Part shown: positions 44,312 to 56,897 of the stretch, in pieces
Layout of the letters: each line of letters opens with the position of its first letter
How positions within the stretch are numbered: position 1 is the stretch's first letter
Assembly (NCBI GenBank): GCA_021791545.1
Contig: JAJYWL010000007.1
Coordinates: forward strand, 3,972-67,971
Length of the DNA stretch: 64,000 bases
Direction: 5' to 3'
DNA from: a bacterium
Lineage (GTDB): Bacteria; Patescibacteriota; Microgenomatia; Levybacterales; UBA12049
Position numbers and translations under genes: made by a program
The notes under the pieces: model-generated
The model's database searches: none
Told to the model about the DNA's origin: nothing
What the model saw: only the letters and a program-made list of their open reading frames with translations

Positions 44312-44932
44312 ATGGCTAGACGCTTGAGTGAAAAAGAACTTAATAAATTGAAATTTATGAGAAAGAAAGGGAAAAGTATACTAGAAATTTCTAAAATTTT
44401 GAATATTCCTAAAACTACAGTTTTTTATCATGCAAAACAAGTGAAAATGTCTTCAGAAGTTTTGAAAGCATGGAGAACTAAGAGGGGAGGGAGTAAGAAT
44501 TTAAAATTTGAAAAAGAGAAAAAAGCTTTTGTTGAGGCTAAAAAAGAAATCGGAAAGTTATCTAAAAAGGAAAAGTTGCTATTTCTTTCAGCACTTTATT
44601 GGGCAGAGGGTAATAAGAAGGATTTCATGCTTTCCAATACAGACCCTAAACTAATAAAAGTGTTTGTTGAGGGTTTAAGAAACATTTTTGAAATAGACGA
44701 TGAAAGGTTAAAAATAAGCATAAGAATATATGAAGACATGGATAAAGAAAAGTGCCTTACTTTTTGGTCTAGTTTGATTGGTGTTCCAAAACAAAAATTT
44801 CAAAATGTTTATATTCTTAAAGGAAAGAAGCAGGGAAAACTGAAGTTTGGGATGTGTAGAGTAAGGGTAACTAAAGGCGGGGACCTGTTAAAGAAGGTAT
44901 TTGCAATAAATAATATTGTTGCTAATTTTTAA
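44312..44932 (+). CDS. HTH + LAGLIDADG-like protein between tRNA genes
   Basis: HTH (RKKGKSILEISKILNIPKTTV), then SALYWAEGNK...SNTDPKLIKVF...FWSSLIGVP...FGMCRV; paralogue of 4457..5161. Confidence 0.75.
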   Translation: MARRLSEKELNKLKFMRKKGKSILEISKILNIPKTTVFYHAKQVKMSSEVLKAWRTKRGGSKNLKFEKEKKAFVEAKKEIGKLSKKEKLLFLSALYWAEGNKKDFMLSNTDPKLIKVFVEGLRNIFEIDDERLKISIRIYEDMDKEKCLTFWSSLIGVPKQKFQNVYILKGKKQGKLKFGMCRVRVTKGGDLLKKVFAINNIVANF

Positions 44933-44956
44933 GTATTTCTATAGAATTTAGCAGAA

Positions 44957-45028
44957 GCCTCCGTAGCTCAATGGATAGAGTAGTCGCGTCCTAAGCGATC
45001 GATGCAGGTTCGATTCCCGCCGGGGGTA
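44957..45028 (+). tRNA. tRNA-Arg(CCT)
   Basis: GCCTCCG...CGGGGGT-A, D-arm GCTC-AATGGATA-GAGT, anticodon arm GTCGC-GTCCTAA-GCGAT, T-loop TTCGATT. Confidence 0.9.
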
Positions 45029-45057
45029 CTAGATAAAGATTCTTTTACATAATTATT

Positions 45058-45756
45058 ATGAAGAGAAGCGAAATTTTGCGCTTTTTGATCTTAAGATCCA
45101 TAGGTAATTTTCTTGTTCTTTTTGCCATTTTTGGAATTTTAGCAACCTTTGGTCCTGCGATTTATTATGAAATTTCTTTTAAAGTCATACAGACAAGGGG
45201 AGTGCAATTTACGGTTCCTCAAAATGTCCAAGTTTTATCAAAACAAGAAAATAAGGCTCAATCTATTTCTAATTTTTCGGATGTCCTTACAGGCCCGAAA
45301 GAGCAGGTTCTTGTTCCTCCGGATCCATCATTTTCTATAGTAATTCCCAAAATTGGAGCAACTGCAAAAATTTTTCCAAATGTCGATGCTTCAAACCAGG
45401 ATCAATTTCTTCCTCTTTTGATGAAGGGAGTTGCTCATGCAAAAGGAACAGTTTTCCCGGGAATGAAAGGGAATGTCTATCTATTTGCACATTCTACGGA
45501 TAACTTTTGGGATGTAGGAAGGTATAATGCCGTTTTCTATCTAATTAAAGATCTTAAGCCGGGAGATGAAATAGTAATATTCTATGCAAATAAAAGGTTT
45601 AATTATGTGGTGACAGGATCAAAGATAGTTAACCCTTCGGATGTTTCATACATCGTAAATGCCCAGAATAAATCTTCGGAGACTTTAATTTTACAGACTT
45701 GCTGGCCTCCGGGCACCACTCTTCAAAGGCTTCTGGTCTTTGCCAAACCTAAATAA
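45058..45756 (+). CDS. Sortase
   Basis: N-terminal TM; IPKIG, GVAH, LFAHS (His), LKPGDEI, LQTCWP (Cys), QRLLV (Arg). Confidence 0.92.
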   Translation: MKRSEILRFLILRSIGNFLVLFAIFGILATFGPAIYYEISFKVIQTRGVQFTVPQNVQVLSKQENKAQSISNFSDVLTGPKEQVLVPPDPSFSIVIPKIGATAKIFPNVDASNQDQFLPLLMKGVAHAKGTVFPGMKGNVYLFAHSTDNFWDVGRYNAVFYLIKDLKPGDEIVIFYANKRFNYVVTGSKIVNPSDVSYIVNAQNKSSETLILQTCWPPGTTLQRLLVFAKPK

Positions 45757-46941
45757 CTATTTGAGGCTAATTGTATAGAGGTTGGGAAGGATATTTGGAT
45801 TACCAAGGTTAGTTAATATAACAAGCTTTGTTCCGTCAGGCCATGGAAAGACATAATCATTTACAAAAGGTCCCGCATAAACCGTAGTTTGATTCTGTGC
45901 ATCGTATTCCATCATGTCAATTTTACCGTTATGTACGTATACAAGATGAGTAGAGTCAGGGAAGAACATTATTGGAGATGGTGTTCCTTCGGGAAGTTTA
46001 TCGAGTATCTTGAAGTTCTTGTCTTCTTTTATGTCATAAACGTAGACTGCACCTTTTGAAAGTGTTCTTTCTTCGGGAGTTGAGTCTGTTCCTATTAATG
46101 CAGGAGTAATTATAGGAGGAAGGGTAGCGTTATTTGAAGCTTCATAAAGAATTTTTGTTTCATCTTCAGACCACTGAAGAATGTTAAAGTCATTTGAAAC
46201 TATTGATCTTAATGTTTTAGGAAGTGCTTCGTTTTGTGCTTTTTGTTTATCTGTCTTTTGCTTATTCCAAAGTGCAGTTGTGGCGGATAGGGTTTCTGTT
46301 ACATCAGTTGGGTTAGAGTTCATTCCATTGGCAGCAAGAAGAAACATTGACTGTCCGGAAATGGAAGCTAATATTTGTGATCCGTCAGGTGACCAGCTTA
46401 GAGTTGCTTTGGAGAACGGAAAGCTTGTATCGTCTGCTATCTGATTAGAAGAAGCCTGGAAAGTAAGAATTGGCCTTGAAGACATATCTAAGACATAAAT
46501 ACCGTTTTTAACTGCAGATTGAGAAGCTACGTTAAAGGCAAGTTTGGTTAGAGAAGGATCAATCACAGGGTTAGATATTCCCGTATTTGTAATACTTTCA
46601 AGCTTTGGAGCCGTAGGAAGAAGAAGAGCGTCTGCTTTTGTTACTACTTCTTTTTTTACTACTAATTGTTTTTCCCAAGGAAAGTACCCTTCCTTATATA
46701 TCTTTACGTCGTAGTTTCCCGGTGCAAGATTAATAGTGTTATCCGTAGCAGTTGTCAGATGTCCATTTACAAATACCTGAGCTCCGTCCGGGTTACTTGT
46801 CGTAACCAAAAGGCCGGTTCCCGAAAGAGCCGGAGCTCCATTAGATAATCCGAATCTGTAACCCTTTCCGTAAAGAACGACAAGTACTGTCATTACAAGC
46901 AGAAAGATTATTATTAAAGAAGGGATAATGAGTTTTTTCAT
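45757..46941 (-). CDS. Membrane-anchored PEGA-domain protein with TolB-like propeller
   Basis: TM, TSNPDGAQVFVNG...LAPGNYDVKIYKEGY (PEGA), WSPDG/WSEDE/WPDG blades; start moved to 46941. Confidence 0.85.
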   Translation of the reverse strand: MKKLIIPSLIIIFLLVMTVLVVLYGKGYRFGLSNGAPALSGTGLLVTTSNPDGAQVFVNGHLTTATDNTINLAPGNYDVKIYKEGYFPWEKQLVVKKEVVTKADALLLPTAPKLESITNTGISNPVIDPSLTKLAFNVASQSAVKNGIYVLDMSSRPILTFQASSNQIADDTSFPFSKATLSWSPDGSQILASISGQSMFLLAANGMNSNPTDVTETLSATTALWNKQKTDKQKAQNEALPKTLRSIVSNDFNILQWSEDETKILYEASNNATLPPIITPALIGTDSTPEERTLSKGAVYVYDIKEDKNFKILDKLPEGTPSPIMFFPDSTHLVYVHNGKIDMMEYDAQNQTTVYAGPFVNDYVFPWPDGTKLVILTNLGNPNILPNLYTISLK

Positions 46942-47078
46942 ACTCAAGCGAATTATACAGGCTACAAATAATACTTGCAAGAGACCCTTGAGCTATATAT
47001 AATCAATTTGGCGAAGCTAATCAGAGAAATTGATACACTAAGTTGATGTTTTGATATATTAGTTCGCTCCTTTTTTAT

Positions 47079-48095
47079 ATGCTTTCTAAGAGAATAGGGA
47101 TAGACCTTGGAACTGCTAATACCCTTGTATATATGGTAGGACAAGGAATAGTCCTTAATGAACCCACAGTAGTTGCCGTAACAGCAGAAGAAAACCGAGT
47201 TGTTGCCGTGGGAAAAGAGGCAAAAGAAATGCTTGGCAGAACCCCGGGGAATATCGTTGCTTTAAGACCTTTAAGAGATGGTGTAATCGCAGATTACACG
47301 ATAACAGAGGCAATGCTCACGTATTTTATAGATAAAGCAGCCGGTCAAGCACGTTTTTTCAAGCCAGAAGTAATGATATGTATTCCGGCGGGAGTTACCC
47401 AGGTAGAAAGACGTGCGGTTTTGGATGCAACTATGGCAGCAGGGGCAAAGGTAGCATATTTAATAGAAGAACCCTTGGCTGCAGCAATAGGAGCAAAAAT
47501 ACCCATTGCTCAGGCAGCAGGGCACATGATAGTAGATACGGGTGGAGGATCAACGGAATGTGCTGTTATTTCTTTAGGAGGAGTAGTTGTGCATGACAGC
47601 GTAAGAGTAGGAGGAAATAAGATAGACGAGGCCATAACAAACTACTGTAAAAAGAAATTTAACCTTCTTATAGGGGAAAGGACTGCGGAGGAAATCAAAA
47701 TCCAAATAGGAAATGCCGTAATAGACGATAAGAGAGAAGCAGAGAATACAAAAATGGAAATTAAGGGTAGAGATGCGATATCAGGTCTTCCAAGAACAAT
47801 AGAATTAAATGAAACCCATGTAAATGAAGCGATATACCCAGTTTTAGTAGACATAATATCTGCAGTAAAGGGTGTTTTGGAGCAAACTCCTCCGGAACTT
47901 GCATCAGACATCATAGATAAAGGTGTTGTAATGAGCGGTGGAACATCACAACTCAAAAACCTTGATAAGTTGATGACAAAGATAACAGGTGTTCCTTGTC
48001 ATTTGGCAGAAGATCCACTTTTATGTGTAGTAAGGGGAACGGGTGTAGCACTTGAAAACATAGAGCTTTATAAAAGAAGCATTGCTAAGAAATAA
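47079..48095 (+). CDS. mreB: Rod shape-determining protein MreB
   Basis: IGIDLGTANT, RPLRDGVIAD, IEEPLAAAIGA, DTGGGST, TPPELASDI. Confidence 0.97.
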   Translation: MLSKRIGIDLGTANTLVYMVGQGIVLNEPTVVAVTAEENRVVAVGKEAKEMLGRTPGNIVALRPLRDGVIADYTITEAMLTYFIDKAAGQARFFKPEVMICIPAGVTQVERRAVLDATMAAGAKVAYLIEEPLAAAIGAKIPIAQAAGHMIVDTGGGSTECAVISLGGVVVHDSVRVGGNKIDEAITNYCKKKFNLLIGERTAEEIKIQIGNAVIDDKREAENTKMEIKGRDAISGLPRTIELNETHVNEAIYPVLVDIISAVKGVLEQTPPELASDIIDKGVVMSGGTSQLKNLDKLMTKITGVPCHLAEDPLLCVVRGTGVALENIELYKRSIAKK

Positions 48096-48322
48096 GTCCT
48101 ATAAGAATTTTTGACAATAAATGAGTTGGGAAAAAAAGACAGTTGAGATAGACAATTTTCACGCTTAACCATAATATAGTATTTAGAAAGTAAAAATAGT
48201 CTAAACTTAACATTATTTAAGATCTCAGCTATAAATTAAGAAGTCAAAAACTGAATAATTAAAATGTTCAAAACTAATAAAATTACAGATTCCGGAAATT
48301 ATGAAGATTGCCTTATAGTAAA

Positions 48323-49033
48323 ATGAACGATTTTGACAAAACTTTTTTGCTTGGGGTAGGGTTTAATAACCTAACTGAAACAGAAGTCCTAGAGTATATA
48401 GTAAAAAATCTTCAAAAACAAAGAAAAAAGTACTACATTGTGACCCCTAACCCCGAACTTTTGGTAATTGCCAACAATGATAAAGACTATAAAAAAGTCT
48501 TAAATGGGGCAGAATTAGCTTTGCCGGATGGCATTGGGATAATTTTAGGAAGCCAATTGTTGGGTAAGTCCTTAAAACAGCGTATAACGGGTGTTGATTT
48601 CATGGAAATGCTGTGCAAAGAAGTATCAAAACGGCCTATAACGGTAAGCTTTCTTGGTGCAGGACCAAACGTAGCAGTCAAAACATCAGAGTGCTTACAA
48701 AAAAGGTATCCTGGTTTAAACGTAGGTTGGGTCGCTCAAGAATGGTCGGAAGAGCTTAAAAATAAAGAAACAGACATTTTGTTTGTGGCTTTTGGTTCCC
48801 CAAAGCAGGAAATTTGGATCTCAGAGCACTTAAATGAACTTCCTGTTAAGGTTGCAGTGGGCGTAGGAGGTGCTTTTGACTTTGTAAGCGGTAATGTAAG
48901 AAGGGCACCGGGCCTTATGAGACGTCTTGGGCTTGAATGGTTGTTTCGTCTAGTAATACAACCATGGAGAATAAAGAGACAACTTTCTTTAGTTAAGTTT
49001 TCTTACCTTATCTTAAAAGAAAAGTTTTCTTGA
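48323..49033 (+). CDS. WecB/TagA/CpsF family glycosyltransferase
   Basis: VTPNPE, LPDGIG, RITGVD, FGSPKQE, GVGGAFD, GLEWLFRL..QPWR. Confidence 0.93.
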   Translation: MNDFDKTFLLGVGFNNLTETEVLEYIVKNLQKQRKKYYIVTPNPELLVIANNDKDYKKVLNGAELALPDGIGIILGSQLLGKSLKQRITGVDFMEMLCKEVSKRPITVSFLGAGPNVAVKTSECLQKRYPGLNVGWVAQEWSEELKNKETDILFVAFGSPKQEIWISEHLNELPVKVAVGVGGAFDFVSGNVRRAPGLMRRLGLEWLFRLVIQPWRIKRQLSLVKFSYLILKEKFS

Positions 49034-49675
49034 TATTTCAATTACATAATTACTCTAAGTCATTTAATAGTCTTACTAATCAATTTTAATTTTAGTGTTT
49101 CTTTATCTGGTTAATGTAGAAAATGACTAGTTTAATAAATGATGGGGTGGAAAAATCTAATTTCTGCTTAATGTAATATTAAGATATGTAAAAGTCTTGT
49201 CTGATATATTTTATTACTTATCAAGCTTTATAAATCTTCTTTTTCAGTTTAGAAAATTATTTCACAGGTAGGGAAGCCGGGCGTTCGAAAAATGTTTCAA
49301 TTATCTATTACCGAGGATTTTCCGAAAATACAATTTATAAAGCTAAAAACGTTGGTGAAAATTGATCGGTCAGGTAGAGATTAAAGAATAACGCTCAGCT
49401 ATCTTTATTTTCGTTTTTCCTTTAAAACTCAAGCAATTCTCTCATGTAAAGTTAATAGCACTCTTTATTTTTTCCTGCTATTGGGGTGTGAATTTAAGTT
49501 TAGAAACATTCAAATTCTTTTCAAAAACTATATCATTTAAAATCTTTATAATACTTAAATAGAACATATTTCAGCGATTTTTAAAAAATAGCTTAAATAT
49601 TTGGTTTTTCACGCACTTTTTCATTCGTGAAAAGACTTATTGCAAAACTCATGAATTTTAATGTTTAATAAGTAT

Positions 49676-50551
49676 ATGGACTTTAAATTCCTGCAAGATT
49701 CTATATCTGGAAAATGGGTTATTTCAGCTCCGAAGAGATCCAAAAGACCGGATAGATCAAAAGGAGTAGAGCCAAGTTGCCCTTTTTGTGTAGGAAGAGA
49801 AGCAGATGAAAAAGAAGTCTATAGGATAGGCGGGAAAGAGGGAGATCCTAATTGGAAAGTAAGGGTAGTCCCAAATAAATATCCCTTTGCTCCCATACAT
49901 GAGGTAATAATACATTCTCCAGATCATCATAAAAGCTTTGACGAGCTTCCTTTGGACCACACCGAATTGATAATTAAGACATATAGAGAGAGGTTTAAGG
50001 CCCATCAGGATAAGGGTAAAGTATATGTATTTCATAATCATGGTGAAGGTGGAGGAGAGAGCCTTGGTCATCCACATAGTCAGCTTGTGGTTATACCGGA
50101 TAATGTAAAAATGGAAATCCCTGTTTTGCCAGAGGAGGCTAAGGGAGAAGAATTCCAGGAAACCGAATTTTTTAAGATAAGTTGCCCAATAACATCGGAA
50201 TGGCCGGATGAAGTTTGGATACACCCTAAGGAAAGAGGAAGACTTTTTTCTGAGATTACGGATCTGGAAATAAAAGATATGGCCAAAGTGCTTTATAGAA
50301 CTATTCAGATTTTTGATTTAAGGCATGGGCACGAGTTTCCTTTCAATTTCTATATCTATCCAGGAGGAGATTGGTATCTAAGATTAATTCCCAGGCTTAA
50401 GATTCTTGGGGGTTTTGAGCTTGGAACAGGTATATCTGTCAATACACAAGATCCCAAAGAAACAATAGCCTTTATAAAGGAGCATTTCGAGAGTCCTAAT
50501 GAGGAGAAGATAAGGCAAGTCCACAGAGCAGATTATAGAAGAAGTGTTTAG
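49676..50551 (+). CDS. galT: Galactose-1-phosphate uridylyltransferase-like (GalT/HIT) protein
   Basis: WVISAPKRSKRP, CPFC, VVPNKYP, HEVIIHSPDH, GESLGHPHSQ; C-terminal half shortened. Confidence 0.8.
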   Translation: MDFKFLQDSISGKWVISAPKRSKRPDRSKGVEPSCPFCVGREADEKEVYRIGGKEGDPNWKVRVVPNKYPFAPIHEVIIHSPDHHKSFDELPLDHTELIIKTYRERFKAHQDKGKVYVFHNHGEGGGESLGHPHSQLVVIPDNVKMEIPVLPEEAKGEEFQETEFFKISCPITSEWPDEVWIHPKERGRLFSEITDLEIKDMAKVLYRTIQIFDLRHGHEFPFNFYIYPGGDWYLRLIPRLKILGGFELGTGISVNTQDPKETIAFIKEHFESPNEEKIRQVHRADYRRSV

Positions 50552-50825
50552 TTTTTCTTCAGACCTTTTTTGAATCCCAATAGCAAAGCAATAATAAGTA
50601 TGCCAATTAAAGCTAAGACCCAAGGTTGGATGCTTCCTTGTGATAAAAACTGAGCTTCTTTTGTCAATCTTTGATTATATTTGCCAAAATGGAGATTTAC
50701 CGATATTTTGAAAGGTTTGTCGGAATGAATGTCTGTATCGAAATTCCTTATCATTCCAGGAAGAATTATGTCTGAATTGCTGTTTAGAACAGCTTCTGCT
50801 TCGGTTAGTTCTTCGGTAACTCTAT

Positions 50826-50826
<1 letters not shown>
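50548..50826 (-). pseudogene. Probable C-terminal remnant of a DUF916/DUF3324-like membrane-anchored protein
   Basis: Frame reads ...NSDIILPGMIRNF...F...PW + TM + KK, like the C-termini of 21391..22377 and 23892..24890. There is no signal peptide or upstream start; the frame closes within atpC. Confidence 0.45.
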
Positions 50827-53341
<2,515 letters not shown>

Positions 53342-53345
<4 letters not shown>

Positions 53346-54814
53346 AAGTTTAGTATCTTTTCTATAATCTTATTTTCCGGTGTTGTTTTTTTAAGTAACT
53401 CATTTAATGTCTCCGAAGTTTCAATCATCTCATCAAGTTCCTTTTGTAATTTCGGGTCCTTAAGATATAGCTCCGTAAGTTTTTTTCTCTTTTCTATGAC
53501 TTCTTCAATTTTAAGATTGGGAAGTAAGGTTCCCCATACCATTACAAATATTATGACCTGTACATTAATTGGAATTATTTCATTTGATGGCTGGTCAAAG
53601 AGTTTTTGGATCTTTGCTCCTGTATCTAGCGTTATTTTTGATGATTCGTTAAGTTCGGAACCGAAATGTACAAAATTCTGTATTCTTTCATACAGGGTCA
53701 AGAATGACGTAATTTCTCTGTTTATGCTTCTTTTTATTGAGGACTGTGTTTGTCTTCCTACCCTTGTTACCGAAAGGAAGGGGTTTATTGCAGGTCTTCT
53801 TCCTTGATAGAAAAGATTACTGTCGAAGAATAGATGGCCGTCAGTCATAGACATAAGGTTTGTCTGTATAAAACCGGAAAGATCTCCCTGTGTTGTCTCT
53901 ACAACGGGAAGACAAGTTATCGCAGTCTCTCCATTGGTAGTAGAGAAGTTGCCTGCTCTTTCCATTAGTTTTGCATGTACATAGAAAATATCTCCGGGGT
54001 AGGAATTTCTTCCTGGAAATCTTTTACCGAGAAGTGAAATTTCCCTGTAAAACTTTGCATGAGTAGACATATCGTCCAAAACGACGAGTACGTCTTTTCC
54101 TTTGTCTTTAAAATACTCTGCGGCTGCCATTGCAGAGTAGGGGGTTACGAAAATTGTTCCTGCAGGATCGGTTGAAGTAGAGGCAATCAGTAAAACTTTA
54201 TCCATTATCTTATTCGCCCTAAAGAATTCTTCCGATTTTTTTATATCTATCTTTCTTTTACCTATGCAGGCATAAATACAAATATTGCCTTGTTTTGCCT
54301 GCGTAAGTATCGTATGAAGGAGAAAATTAGTTTTTCCTGTTTTTCTATCGCCGATTACCAACTCTCTTTGTCCCTTTCCCAGAGGTATCATAAGGTCGAC
54401 GATTGAAGTTCCCGTTTCGAGATATTTTTTAATGGATTCTCTTTCGACTATTCCTTCCGGTTCTCTGTCCACCGGGTAGGGAGTTGTTTTAATTGTTGCT
54501 TTTCCCTCTTCTGTTAAAAGGTTTCCGAACGGGTCTACTACTTTTCCCAACATGCCTTCTCCCGAAGGGAATTCAAGAATTGTTCCTGTTCTCGTTATTT
54601 TTGTACCCACCTTTATTTGTTCGGGTGAGAAAGTGAGTATTTCTATGGAACCCTCATTAAGTGAAAGAACTTGTCCTTTTTCTCCTGTTTCAAAAACAAC
54701 AATCTCGTCCGGTTGAACTCCGGGAAGACCTTCTGCATATACTATGCTGTCTATGACTTGAGTGACAAACCCTATTTCACCTGTTTTATCTAAAAGTTTT
54801 TTAAATGTTTCCAT
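53342..54814 (-). CDS. atpA: F1 ATPase alpha subunit (divergent)
   Basis: PLGKGQRELVIGDRKTGKT, DDMSTHA, PGRNSYPGDIFY, SMTDG, RPAINPFLSVTRVG. Confidence 0.95.
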
Positions 54815-55244
54815 TGCTTAAGTTTTTAAAAGACAGTTCTTCAAGTTTTTTCTTAATGCTTAAATCCGTATAATATCCATTGTAGCTTAGAACGATCCCA
54901 CCTAGTAGACCCTCATCTTCGTTTAAATTGATTATTATATCCTCGCTCAAGTTTTTCTTAAGCCACCTATGGATATTTTTAACGAATACTTCCGACGGTT
55001 TAAAACTCAAGGTTATATTTATTTGTTTTAGAGATTCAAGTTTTTCTTCCATTTGATCAAGTGCTTTTTTCACTTCTTCGTTATCTTTTAAAGAGTCTCC
55101 TAGTTCTTCTTTAATAATCTTTGAATAGGGAAGGGGAATCCCTTTTAAGGTTCTTTCTATTCCCTTCTCGGTGAATATTCCGTCTCTAGCCATCTGAATA
55201 TAGTCCAGTAATTGATCTTTCTCTTCTATAGTTGCTATATCCAT
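54801..55244 (-). CDS. atpH: F1 delta/OSCP-like subunit
   Basis: C-terminal DEGLLGGIVL..NG.YTDLSIKKKL; position between the b-like gene and atpA. Confidence 0.8.
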   Translation of the reverse strand: MDIATIEEKDQLLDYIQMARDGIFTEKGIERTLKGIPLPYSKIIKEELGDSLKDNEEVKKALDQMEEKLESLKQINITLSFKPSEVFVKNIHRWLKKNLSEDIIINLNEDEGLLGGIVLSYNGYYTDLSIKKKLEELSFKNLSNGNI

Positions 55245-56872
<1,628 letters not shown>

Positions 56873-56897
56873 ATTTTAACACTAAAAAACGTCCTAA

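Noticed and set aside
49034-49635. Replication origin
   Set aside because: No cluster of TTATCCACA-like DnaA boxes was seen, and dnaA/dnaN are not nearby.
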